Origin: the human T2T-CHM13v2.0 reference genome, Homo sapiens
Strand: one strand, 5' to 3'
Assembly: GCF_009914755.1 (NCBI RefSeq)
Contig: NC_060937.1
Length of the DNA: 64,000 nucleotides
Within the stretch, counting starts at the first letter, position 1, and every line of letters starts with the position of its first letter. The position numbers were made by a program, and so were the translations under genes. A model generated the notes under the pieces. That model was not told the origin of the DNA. It saw nothing but the letters and a program-made list of their open reading frames with translations, and made no database searches. Below are positions 1 to 13,786 of this stretch, piece after piece.

Positions 1-195
1 AGTAAGAAATGATGAGGGCCTGACCCAAAACTTGGAGTGCTAATTGAGAGGCAGCACAGATTCTGGAGTTATTAGACAAACTGGCTCCAGTGAATAGGGC
101 CCATGAAATGAGAAGCTGGGGACAGGGGTGTGGGAGGGAAGGGTAAGGGTCATGTCTGACCCCACCAGATGTGCTGTGGGCTTGGTGTCTTGGAG

Positions 196-532
196 CAGGG
201 GTCCGCAACTCTTAGGCTATTGACTAGTACCGCTGGTTCACAGCCTGTTAGGAACCAGACTGCACAGCAGGAGGTGAGTGGCAGGTGAGTGAACATTACC
301 ACCTGAGTTCTGCCTCCTGTCAGATCAAGGGCAGCATTAAATTCTCAGAGGAGCATGAACCCTATTGTGAACTGCTCATGTGAGGGGTCTAGGTTGTGCT
401 CTCATCTAATGCCTGATGATCTAATCTGACATGGAACAGTTTCATCCCAAAACCGCCACCCCCCACCCAATCCATGAAAAAATTGTCTTCCACGAAACAG
501 GTCCCTGGTGCCAAAAAGGCTGGGGACTGCCT
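196..532 (+). mobile_element. MER1B (hAT-Charlie MITE)
   Basis: CAGGGGTCC start, GGCTGGGGACTGC end, internal CTCCTGTCAGATCA...GAACCCTATTGTGAACTGC matching MER1B. Confidence 0.9.
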
Positions 533-629
533 TGACAAAGTAATTGACTCTCTTCTTAGAGATGCTTTCACTCACTAACATAAAACAGATTCAAGGATAA
601 TTTTTCTCACATTTTAAAAGTATTATTTT

Positions 630-1080
630 TAAAGTTAAAATACATATAACAAAAAAAGAACCGCCTTAACCATTTTTAAGTGTACAGTTCAGTGACATTA
701 AGTACATTTACATTGTTGTGCACCAATCACAACCATCCATTTCCAGAACTTTTTCATCTTGCAAAACTGTAACTCTGTACCTACTAAACAATAACTCTCA
801 TTTTCCCCTACCCCTGCTCCTGGCAACCACCATTCTACCTTCTGTCTCGATGATTTCATTACTGTAATTACCTCATATAAGTGGATCCTATAGTATTTGC
901 CCTTTTGTGACTGGTCTAGTTCACTTAGCATAATGTCCTTAAGGCTCACCCATGTTGTAGCATGTGTCATAATTTCCTTTTTAAGGCTGAATAATATTCC
1001 ATTGTATAAACATACTACCTTTCGTTTATTCATTCATCTATTGATGGATACTTGGGTTGCTTCCACCATTTGGTTATTAA
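630..1080 (-). mobile_element. Old L1 (L1MB-like) 3' end
   Basis: CATTTTTAAGTGTACAGTTCAGTG...CCATCCATTTCCAGAACTTTTTCATC typical of reverse L1M 3' UTR. Confidence 0.8.
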
Positions 1081-1728
1081 TTTTACTCACTTTTTAAAGC
1101 TTAAAATAACATTTGTAAAATGCTTATACTATTTCAAATGAAAATATGTGCAACTTCTTAAATTTTTTGAAGTATGAATTATTATTTTTTCATTAATTAT
1201 GTTAACAGTATAGAAAAAGAGAAAAGTGCCAAAAGTTGATATCAACCAGCACAAATTTTTCAAAATCTTGTTACTCTTCTTATTAACATTCTAATTATTC
1301 TTTTTGTCATTTTTTCTGCCTTTCACTTTCTTATTATGACCCAGTTAAGAGATTGGCTGTTACATATAATAGTCAAAATTTGTTATGATTATGATTTTAT
1401 ATACTCAGTCCTTGCTTTGTTTTACTTGAATCTTTGCCAAATTCCATGCTCACCATTACTTCTTGCATCCCAGTTCTTTCACTTTGTAATTTTCTTCTTC
1501 CATAAGTACATCCTTTAGTAGTTCTTTCAGTGAGGATCTAGTCAATTTCCCAGACTTTATTTCTCTGAAGGTCTATTTTGCCTTTACTCTTGAACAAAAA
1601 AAAAAAAAAGATCATAGCTAGACATATAGTGAAACTTCAGAACACCAAAGACAAGTCTAGAAACTTAACAACTTTAATACATACACATGTGGTATATGAC
1701 AGAAGCAGCATTAGAAATTAGTAGTCTT

Positions 1729-2023
1729 AGCCAAGTGTGGTGGCTCACACCTGTAATTTCGGCACTTTGGGAGGCCAAGGCAGGCAGATTACTTGAGGCC
1801 AGGAGTTCAAGACCAGCCTGGCCAATATAGGGAAATCTTGTCTCTACTAAAAATTACAAAAATTAGTTGAGTGTGGTGGTGCATGCCTAGAATCCCAGCT
1901 ACTTGAGAGGCTGAGGCAGGAGAATTGCTAGAACCCAGGAGGCGGAGTTTGCAGTTAGCCCAGATTGCGCCACTGAACACCAGCCTGGATGACAAAGCGA
2001 GACTCTGTCTCAAAAAAAAAAAA
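1729..2023 (+). mobile_element. AluS, full length
   Basis: Dimeric Alu with A-tail; 16-bp TSD AGAAATTAGTAGTCTT at 1713-1728 and 2024-2039. Confidence 0.95.
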
Positions 2024-2039
2024 AGAAATTAGTAGTCTT

Positions 2040-2930
2040 GGATAAATGGGCTATTCAGATAGATAAAAGACCTAAATGTAAAAAAAAAAAAAAAAAACCA
2101 ATATTGTAAAAGTTCGGAAGAAAGAAAATAATATCTTTATGACATTGGAGTGGGGAAGTACTTATTACATAAGATTTTAAAACATAAACCACAAAAAGAA
2201 AAGGAACTTGAGTATCTTAAAATTTAAAGCATACCTCTGCACAATAAATGAAATCATATAGCAAAAAAGCAAGATACAAACTAGTATATTTGCATATTAC
2301 ATAGCACATACAATTATTAGTATATAAACAATTCCAACAAATTAATGAGAAAATGTAATAACCTAATTTTTTAAATGAGCAAATAATATGAGTAGGCAAT
2401 TTATGGGAGAAACTTGAATAACCAATAAACGTGAAAAATTGGTTAATCTCATTAGCTGTCAGATAAAACTAAAACAACATTAAGTTGACACTTTACACTC
2501 ATTGGCTTGGCAAAGAAAACATTTCAATCTGACAACACAGAATATTGGTAAGAATGTGGGAGAAGAAGAGCTCTTAAAAATCATTAGTAAAGAGTAAATT
2601 TCTATAATCACTTTGACAAACAATTTAGCATCACTTAATAAAGATGATAACACACATAACATACAATCTAGGTTGTTCCACTTCTAGTTACAGATCCTGG
2701 AGAATGTCTCCAGTATGTGTAAAATGGAAATAGACACAGGCATTCATTGTACCACTTTTGTAAGTATATAAAAGGACTAACAACCTAACTTGATGAGTGA
2801 CTAGATAAATAAAGTGTGGCTTACCATAGAATAGAATACCATGTAGCAGTTAGAATAAGGGTACTGGATACAAGTCAACATGGAAAAATCTTTAGAAAAT
2901 GATCTGTGTTAAAAGCAAGTTGCAGAATGC
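2040..2930 (+). mobile_element. Ancient L1ME-like fragment (appears to resume ~3910-4270)
   Basis: A-rich degenerate ORF2-end/3' UTR motifs (AAAGACCTAAATGTAAAA; AATAAAGTGTGG...ATAGAATAC). Confidence 0.6.
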
Positions 2931-2934
2931 CACT

Positions 2935-3908
<974 letters not shown>

Positions 3909-4718
3909 CCAGAATGATCTGATTAGTATTAATATAATATTTGTGTCATTTTACAAACACACAAAAAGCAATACGCTAGTTATGTATATATAAATACATT
4001 AAAAATTGCAAACACTTGTATGGGAATTATACATCAATTTCACCATCATGGGTACTAATGAGGGAAAATGGAGGTAGAGACGGAGGTAGGGATGAGGTAT
4101 CTGAGGCTTCAGCCATTCCTTTAATATTTATTCCAAGAAAGATGGGAGGAGAAGAGAGAGTTAAAACAAACATGACAAAATGTAAAAATCAGTTCAATAT
4201 TATGATACGGTGAAGATAGGAATATGTGATTATTTTTGTACTTTTCTATGTCTGAATACTTCATTATTTAACCCTAAAAGAAAATATTAGAGAATATGTC
4301 TCAGAGAAATAAGAACTTGAGAGTCATTCTGTTAGGCCTTAAGTGGTCATTGGGAGAGCAGAGATTGACATTCTGTGAATAGGGCTCAGGGTCTTAACTG
4401 TAAAATAAATTAGATTATTTTAAGACTACCTCCAATTTGGAAGAAAGACTTTCAATTTTATGAATGTTTTGATAAAATCACAGCTGTTGGTCAATGAAAG
4501 CTTTAATTCTGTGAAGAGTGAAATAGTCCTCCAATTGGATCAGCTCTTTAGTTTTTACAATCAAGTGTCAACTTTGTTCTTAGCTGTACCTAAGGCGTAT
4601 AGACCACTTTCAGCAAGCATTCACTAGATTGACCAGCTATTATAAACCAGGCACTGTTCTAGGCACTCGAGATAAGACAGAAAACAAAACAGATTTTTAA
4701 AAAGTTCTACTTTCCCTG

Positions 4719-5712
4719 TTAAAAGAATGAAAAGACAAGTCACAGAGTGGAAGACAATATTTACAAAACACATCTGATAAAGGACTTATATCAAAAATAT
4801 GAAGAGAACTCTTAAAACAGCATTAAGAAAGCAAACGATGCAACTTAAAAATGGGCAAAAGATCAAAACAGAAACTTCACTAAAGGTGGTGAGGATGTGG
4901 AGCAGCAGGAACTCTTATTCATTGCTGGTAGAAGTGCAAAATGGTACAGCCACTTTGGAAAACAGTCTAGCAGTTTCTTACAAGCTAAGCGTAGTCTTAC
5001 CGTACAATCCAGCAATTACACGCTTTGGTGTCTATCCAAATGAGTTGAAAATGTGTGTCCACAAAAAACCCTGCACACAAATGTTTATAGCAGCTTTATT
5101 CATCATTACCAAAACTTAGAGGCAACCAAGATGGCTTCAGTAGGTGAATGAATAACTAAATTGTGATATATCCAGACAATACAATATGATATGGTAATGA
5201 AAAGAAATTAGCTGTCAAGCCACAAAAAGATGTGGAGGAAATTTAAAGGCATATTGCTAAGTGAAAGAAGCCTGTCTGAAAAGACAACATGCTGTATGAT
5301 TCCAACTGTAAGACATTCTAGAAAAGGCAAAACTATAGAGACAGTGAAAAGATCAGAAGTTGCCAGTGGTTCAGGGATGGAGGGAAGAGGGATGAATAGG
5401 TGGAGCACAGGGGATTTTTTAGGATCACCTATGTGATCCTGTAATATGGATACATGACATTATACATTTGCCAAAACCCATAAGACTGTACGAAACAAAG
5501 AGTAAACTTACGTTAATAATAATGCATAAAGATCAGTTCATCAGTTGTAGCAAATGTACCACACTAATGCAAGATATTAATAACAAGGGAAATTTAGGGG
5601 GGTTAGGGTGAGATGGGAAAGGGCATTAAGGAAACTCTATGTACTTTCTACTCAATTTTTCTCTAAAATTAAAACTGATCTAAAAAATAAAGTCTACTAA
5701 TTAAAAAAAAAG
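4719..5712 (+). mobile_element. L1MC-like 3' part, inserted in an L2 remnant
   Basis: ORF2 C-terminal remnant (QMFIAALFII), 3' UTR ending AATAAAGTCTACTAATTAAAAAAA. Confidence 0.85.
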
Positions 5713-5899
5713 AATCCTTGTCTTTGTGGAGCATACACAATGGTTGGGGGAAATAAGTAATGTGTTTATAGAAGATGGAAATACTAATACATTCCATGGA
5801 GGAAGGAAAAAAGCAGAGAAAGCCAATAGAGAGTGAGGAGTTGCCATTTTAATTGGATGACATGGAAGGCTTCCATGAGAAAGGACATTTAAGAATCAA

Positions 5900-6960
5900 T
5901 AAAAAACTCAAAATGCTTCCACTGGATGGGCACGCCAGACCTCATTTTCAATGAAGCATCTGTCAGAGGCTCAGGAAAACACTAGTGAAAGGGTAGATTA
6001 GATGACAACACTTAACCCTTGATCAGTGTTAACAGTACTAAAAATGGGACCACGAGACCTCATGTGCCGCCTGATGGAATGCAATCGGAAACACGCGATA
6101 GTACCTATGGAGTATTTGCCAAAATAAATGCATCTGAATCTAAGCAAGCTTCACACTCAGGCAGCAAGCTCATGAAAAATACAAAGGAACAAGTTATTAG
6201 ATTAATGGGTTGAATGAGAATGCGATCAGCAAAATCTGGCATGCCGGAAGTTCTACAGGACAAATGAACCAATGTCTTCAACAAACAAAAAAACGGCTAA
6301 AAATGGGGAAGTGGGAACTTTCATAGATTAGAAAATACCTAAGAGACATTTCAACCAAATGCAATTTGTGGACTTTACTCTGTGATTTCAACAGGACTGT
6401 AAAATATATTTGAGAAAATTGGGGACATTTGAACACGGACTGCGTAATAGGTGAAATAATAGAATTAATGTTAATTTTGTCAGGTATGATAATGGAATGG
6501 TGGGTTTGTGGTTTTTAAAAATGCTCGTCTGTTCGATTTATATACTACTGACTTAATTATGGATAAAACAATATGACATCAAAAAAGGTGAATAATAGAT
6601 AAAGCAAGATGGACAACTGGGGCTGGACCTGTGCTTGGTGGGTCCTTGGTGTACCTGGTGGGTCCTGAGCACCACCCCGGTGGTTCTAGGTGTGCCCTGT
6701 CAAATTCCTGAAAACTCCTCTTATAAATGTGCAAATATTTATAATCAGTTTTTTTTTTTTAATAAAAAGAGTCTAACATTCTATGGCGACATTATGTGTA
6801 AAAAAATTCCTTTGGATCAGTTATGTGAAATATTTTTTAAAAACCAAGAAAAATGTTAAAAATTGTTGAATTTGAATATTGTGTCAATGGGGTTCATTAT
6901 ACTGTCTTTCTACTTTTGGATGTTTGAGAATTTCCTTAATAGAACAATTTTGAAAGTCTA
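5900..6960 (+). mobile_element. L1ME-like 3' UTR with internal insert
   Basis: AACCAAATGCAATTTGTGGACTT, GGTATGATAATGG, GGGGTTCATTATACT motifs. Confidence 0.65.
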
Positions 6961-8149
6961 GGAATACTAAGAGATATTAGAAAATTAAAAGCAACAGTCT
7001 AAGACTGATTTTCAAGGTGTTTTGTTTTGGGTTAAAGACAATTTCTTTTAAAAGGCAATTATGGACAAGTCAAATATGCACAACAGATACATTTGGAACT
7101 ACCTGACTGTGATGGAGTCACTCTTCTCTCCTCTGCCCCCAGAGATACAGCACATACAGTTTGAAGTTAGTTCAATTAAGGTAACAATTTTCATTGTCTA
7201 CTAAGTCAACGACTCTCGGTCTTTTGGAATATGCTGGATGCTTTCTAGTGTTTACTAGAATACTTGAGTAGTAAATACTTTCTAGTATTTACTAGAACTT
7301 GGAGTAGCACAATTCAAAGGATTCAGTGAATTAAGAATATACCAATCAACAATAATTGCACTACAGCTGACTAACAATATCTCCTGGTATCCATAAAAGA
7401 CATTGCCAATGAATACACTATTTGGTTTCCCTATCACAGTGTCACAGTGTCAAACAGTTTGTACTCAAACAACTTGAGTACAATTCTTTACTGTTCTGAC
7501 TGCCTGTCTCTTATGTTTATGGCAAAGTCCCAGTGTGTTCCAGTCATTTCTTACTTTCCCTGTTACTTGACATTACCTCTTTCTCAGTGACTCTCTTCAA
7601 CACAGCGTCACATAACATGATCATTCCAGTCATCTACACTGAACAAAAAGTTCAAAATGGGAGCAAACATAACCTTTACACATTGATAAAAATATGGTAT
7701 CATTAATAGTCCATTAATTGGATGTTATGCTAATAGGTTTGATCATCTGAAAGCTATATACCTGGATTTATCTCCCCAGATACACCTTATTTATCATCCT
7801 AAATACACCATGAAGACCTAAAAGAAATATGAGGTAATATGCTCTAAATATAATTTTTGATATAAGATATGACAGAATAAAAATTGTTTGCATCTTTTTT
7901 GAAAATCACTATGGAAGATGTTGTCCACTGAATGACTCCTGTAAACCTATTTAAGTATCATAGTAGAGTTTACACATAGGAAAATGATTGCTTCCTTTTG
8001 TTTATAAATGATCTGTTTCTCTATGTTACCTTGACTTTCACATACGTGAGAGCTAAACTGAAGCTACCATAATTAATTTAGGTTCTCTTACACAACGAAC
8101 CCTGCTCATTTCCATCCCATCCAGCTTTATTTAATGATTCTATTGATGT

Positions 8150-8637
8150 ATCTGTTGTGGACATATTTTATTTTGTCCCCCCAGCCCAAACACTCCCTCT
8201 TCTGATAGCAGCAGCACCTTCTTTTAGATAAACCCTTCTCCCCACCTGTCCCAACTCCAACCTTGTCGTTTTAGTAATGCAGTCAACCTCTGCCTTCTGC
8301 CACTCTCAGACCATTGCCATGGTCTTTGCTGAAGGCCAGAGTCTTTGACCAGCATTATTTCAAATTGAAATCAAGGAACTAATGAAGGAGGCATCTTCTT
8401 GACCAGTGATAAGCCAGATGACCACAACCTCCAAGGTGTGAAAGAATGTGACACAGAAAGACAGACCAGAGTCTGAGACAGCTACTTTCAGCACCTGGTA
8501 CTATTTCCTCCCAAACCAGATACATCCCTGCCCATTCAAGGGTTAGGTTACCTGAGCCAATAAGTGTTCCTCATGACTCCAGTGAGTTTCTGATTGGGTT
8601 TCTGTCACTTGCAATCAATATTACCCTGCCTAATACA
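8150..8637 (+). mobile_element. MaLR LTR (MLT1K/L-like)
   Basis: Ends GGGTTTCTGTCACTTGCAA...CTAATACA; CCAATAAG poly(A)-signal region. Confidence 0.6.
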
Positions 8638-8820
8638 GAGTACTTCATTGTGAGCTGTCTCAAGTCTTTTGCAGAAGCCTGCAGAGGAGACAGAATAAAG
8701 TAAGGCCATTTATTTAATAATTTATTTACTTCTTTATTTCATATAACTGGTTTATTTCCAAAGTTTATTTGCAATATGTTGAATGAATAGATAGATATTG
8801 GCTCCATTAGAAGGCCATCT

Positions 8821-9030
8821 TGAGCCTGGGCAACATAGGGAGACCCTCTCTCTACAAAAAAATTTAAAGAAAAAATTAGCTGGGTGTGGTGGCACATGCC
8901 TATAGTCCTAGCTACTCAGGAGGGTGAGGTGGAAAGATTGCTTGAGCCTGGGAGGTTGAGGCTGCAGTGAGCCGTGTTCATGTCACTGCATTCTAGCCCA
9001 GGCAAAAAAAAAAAAAAAAAAAAAAAAAAA
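8821..9030 (+). mobile_element. 5'-truncated AluJ
   Basis: End of left arm plus right arm and long A-tail; GCCATCTT on both flanks. Confidence 0.88.
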
Positions 9031-11868
9031 GCCATCTTGGCCATCTTCAGGAAGTAATATCCAAGAACTTCAATTACATTATTTTTTAAGGTAATTGTGC
9101 TTCAACCTTCAACACACTCAACTCCTCTAGGCTCCCCGGATTCTCTGGAGGCCCATGTAATGATATAGTTCTAGACTGGCAATTTAGTATATCTAGAAGT
9201 GCTGCCTTTCATAGATAAAAGGAACATTTGAGGCCATGCAAGTAAACTCATCAGTTCCTGTATGACATACGGAAACCCAGAAGTGTTAAGCCATCTGCCT
9301 AATATCACACAGCTCTCCATCACATCCCAAACCTGAATCAGATCCCAAACCTGAATCTAGCTCTTCTGATACCCAGCTCAGTGACTTTTCCACTGCACCA
9401 TGCCCCCAAAGTCCTTTTCAGGACAGACATTAAAAAAGAAATAGACTTTGCTTTTCTTTGTAAAGCCATTGAGGCAGTTCTTCAGTTTCGTTGCAAGGAA
9501 AAATGGATCTTGCTCATGCAATGAAAAGTCTTGCAGTTTGAGAGGCCACTGTATGGGAGGACTGCCTAATGAGGGTCCTCAGAGCAGACTGCGGTGCAAT
9601 AACACTGGGGTACGATAAGCTGGGGAGAGAGCATTCTGGGTCTGGCTTAAAGGGGTCCACAAGGGCCCTTAACTTCCCTTAGTTTTCTGACTTTTCTAAG
9701 TATACTTTTTTGCTAAGTGAATATAATAATAGTAATAATAACACCTATTGTATTTTACCAATCTCCTACAGTTATAGGAAGGATCAAAAGAAACGTGTGT
9801 AAAAGTACCTGGTAAAGAGGGAAGTGAATATTCTGTCATAGTACCAAAAATTTCCCGTTTGGGTCATCAGACAGTCTGAGATTCTGTTTTGTCTTTTCTA
9901 AGAACACTCCATGCCTATTCCAACCTTCCAGCCTTCCCTTGCCTGGAATGCGTTTTCCCTTTTCCTCCATGTCATGAAACCCTCTGCATCCTTTAAACAC
10001 ACTTTCTTTGCTAAAGTGCCTTTCTTGAGGGCTTTGCTCTGAATCCCTTCAGTGGAGTTTGTGGATCACTGTTGCACTCTGCTTTCTCTGGTCATTGCTT
10101 CGGGCTCTTTCTCTCTGGCTAGACTGTAAACCCCTTAAGCCAAGAACACTATTTTATATGCCCTCTCCTCCCAGAGTACATTAAAAAAGCAGTGGGTGCC
10201 AGTAGGCAGATGCTTCTTGAGTAGCTTAATAATCCCCAAGACAGCTCTTACTTGCTTGCAAAAGGCAATTGTGCACATCCCTTGCCAACTTTGGGTTCAG
10301 CAATGTCAGATGGATGGCTTGAAATTGGCAGAGCTCAGAGTATTTACACCACAGAAATTGGCAGATGCCACAGATGGTTTTTCTTTTTTCCCTGAGAGCC
10401 AGCTGTTAGCATTGACCAGCAGCCCATGCACTAAGGCAGATATAACATAGGTCTGCAACAGAGAAGAGAACATAGCTCTTAAAACAGGAGTCACAGCTGG
10501 TATAGCTCCACAGGAGAAGGTGGAACAAGCCTTATAAAGGATGCCCACAATCAAATTAGAGCTCCACAAATCTAAGTAACTAGAAAAAAAGCTGCAAGAC
10601 CTTTCTACTTTAATACCAGTGATCTCATGTTTTTCTCAAGAGTATTATTAAAAAGGTGATAGACACGTGGAAATGGGAGAGGTAAGGGTGTTTTATCATT
10701 ATTGTCAGGGGTGTAGAAACAAAAGCTTTAAAATTCTTTAAAATATATTTGAGGGGGAATACAATGGCTTGACAAAGCTTTATAATTACATAATTAATTA
10801 TGGGGTGAAATGTGATTGCAGGGCCTTTGTATTTAAGTCTCATTCAGCATTCATGGCATCGAGAATTTTCTCCACTTTGCTATAAAAAGGATTTTGTTCT
10901 GAACAAAGAGAAAGAGAGAGCTGATATAATGTCATGCTTGGTGCAAATGGCAGCATAAGAAAGCAGAAGGTTGAGGTGACCAGCCAGGGGTGACCAGAAA
11001 AAAAGTGGGGTGGGGTGGGATGATCCACAAGCTTTCCTATTAGTTTTTTTTAAAATCCTTTTTCTTAATGTAAATTACCCACTGCATAAAACAGTATAAC
11101 ATTAGACATTTCTGATTTAAGGAATAGGATTAACGTAAATCTTATATTCCACTTATATGAATCAATAACTTTAGAAGAGATTATTTGCAAAATATCTGCC
11201 TGTAATCTCCTAGCATCTTCACTGCTGTGCACAGCCCCCACCCCTCCAGCCACATAGGAAGCAGGTGGTGTTTCCTGGGCAGGGGAACATGGCGCTGGGG
11301 GAGGTGGAGCTCATTTGTCTCTTGATCTTGCCTTTGGTGGTTGCATCCTTAGCTGGACCCCATGAGACACTTACCTTGCTTTCACAGAAATCACTCACTC
11401 TGTGAAAGAAATGAGAGTAAAGGAAGGGAAAGAAAATTAAGGAAGGCAGAAGTGAACATGGAAGAGAAAAACAATAAGAAAGAGGAGATAGAAGGGCCAT
11501 GGTTTTGAAATACAACGCCTGGAAAACAGAAAATGAAAACAGAATAAAGGAATGAAATTGTAAAAGCTATGAAACAAAGTAATGAGAGAAATAAAATCTT
11601 AACTCTGAAAAAAATAGATGTGATTTATGACAAATATCAGGAAAGTGACTCAAGAGCATCCTGAAATCTCCTTGATAGTACCGAAGGGAGACCTGGGCTT
11701 CTTATGATCACTGACATCTGTAAAATAAGAATGGTAGCTGTAAATTTTGAAACGATGAAAAATAACCTTGTAGCAGGAATCAAAGGGAGAGTTTGATCTA
11801 ATGTTGGCCAGAATGAGTCAAATACATTCACTTCGCTAAAGTGCTCTGCGTTGGTCAGCCGATTTTTC

Positions 11869-12012
11869 TTTTTTTTTTTTTTTAAAGTAAAATCTTTTTT
11901 TATTATTATTATACTTTAAGTTTTAGGGTACATGTGCACAATGTGCAGGTGAGTTACATATGTATACATGTGCCATGCTGGTGTGCTGCACCCATTAACT
12001 CGTCATTTAGCA
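11869..12012 (-). mobile_element. Very short young L1PA 3' end
   Basis: TTATACTTTAAGTTTTAGGGTACATGTGCACAATGTGCAGG...CACCCATTAACTCGTCATTTAGCAT, near-perfect young L1PA tail. Confidence 0.92.
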
Positions 12013-13213
12013 TTTTTCAGATTCTACGAGACCATTCAAATTCCAGCTCTGCTTGATATTCTCTCTCTTTGTAGTGTTGAGACAAAAGCCTTACAAATGT
12101 TTGTGTAGAGAAATCAGTGATGTTAAAAAAAGCAATCACTTGTATGAAAAATTCCAAAGACAGCACTAACATGAAATGATGAAAATGCCAAAGATATGAA
12201 AAATAAAGACAACTGTTACAAGACGTAACGGCTCTGAGTGTTTGCTTTTATGTGACAGATGTTTTTAACCAAAGCTCAACACTGGCAGTTTGAGTACACT
12301 TCTGATTTTAATTTGTGTTCTATCCCCTTTTCGTATTGATGTCTACTCACATCTGTGAAGGCTCTGTAACCTGAATTTGACAGGGGAAAGTGAACAGACT
12401 GCTTTTGGAGTGCTTCCATTAAGTCCACATAACAGACTGTTAACAAAAATCTTAAATAGCTATTCTAATCATCAACAGCAATCTTACACAAATTAAATTA
12501 GGCCCAAAGGGCCCGATTAACTTTAAAATGCCTTACAGGCATGAAACATAAATTTAACTTATTTTCCCCCTTTGGAGTAGAAAGAGAGTTGTTCAGTGTG
12601 ACTCAGATGCACAGTTTAAAAAAAAAAAAAGTATGCATGCTGTGAAGACATGGAGACAGGGTTTCATTTTCTTTTTCAGGAAACCACACTTACAGGCATT
12701 GAAATTCAGTTAGGCCACAGCCATGCTCCCTGTTTACATGCAAAGTAGATGCATTAAGGTTTTCAAGGTTTTAAAGTAGATGCATTAAGGTAGAGTTTTT
12801 GCAGATGGCACAGCTACTCTAATCAGCTCAAGGAAGTCCTATTGCTAAAGAAAGGAGACATATATCAACATGCATTAACATTAAAATGATGCCTTCAGAA
12901 GAGGTAAAAGTTGAACTAGAATTTCTGTAGTTCAAACCCACCTATCAAGAAATGGGTTAGATTCATGATTTAAAATTATACCACAAATCAAAGAAAAAAT
13001 ACTTTTTTAAGTGTCTGCTCTTCTTTATTTTAGCCAAATCTCTAGAGGTCTGTCCAAATATATTTCTTGAATTTTCTTGAACTAGCCAGCAGGTTCATCA
13101 CTTGTGGATTTGCTGTAGTCTCCAATCCTCACAAGTGTTTGATAGCTTTTCTTAGGCAACTTCCTTCCAGCTGCATGGAACATGTAATTTCGGCCCAAGT
13201 CAATAGCAGTGAA

Positions 13214-13786
13214 TGAGAAACCCAGATGCCAGGGAAAGGCAGCCTCCCAATAGATAGAAAACACCTGAAACTGGTGATCAGCAGCTTCCGGATAAGATCT
13301 CAGGAGTTGGGCCAGTGGGTTCAAGCATGCACACTAAGAGGCAAAATGGCAGAGTTTGACTGGTATATGACCTTCTAGGAGCAATCAACTGGTAAGAGAA
13401 GAGTGCTTCAAGTAAGCATGTGTACAACTCCAGTAAACACACTGCGCATGCGGCCCCTCCCAAGCACTAGCACACAAGTGGTCAGCCCACCCCAAGGGAA
13501 GAATCAGGGGAGAGGGGACCCAAGACCCTGTAAGTATGTCAGCATATAAAACTCAAAGTCAAAAGGTCAAACTGTGTACTTGATCTCCCAAGTTGCTTGC
13601 TTGGCCCTCTTCCAAGTGTACTTTACTCCCTTTCATTCCTGCTCTAAAGCTTTTTAATACACTTTCACCACTGCTCTAAAACTTGCCTCAGTCTCTCACT
13701 CTGCCTTATGCCCCTGAGCCAAATTCTTTCTTCTGAGAAGGTAAGAATTGTTGCTGCAGACCTATACAGATTCACCGCCAGTAACA
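13214..13786 (+). mobile_element. ERV1-class solo LTR (subfamily not assigned)
   Basis: TG...CA ends, TATAAAA 13545-13551, decayed poly(A) signal then ACTTTCAC...CTGCTCTAAAACTTGCC, U5 ending GCCAGTAACA. Confidence 0.85.

Noticed and set aside
9324-9357. ATCCCAAACCTGAATC tandem duplication
   Set aside because: Ordinary slippage duplication inside a MIR remnant.
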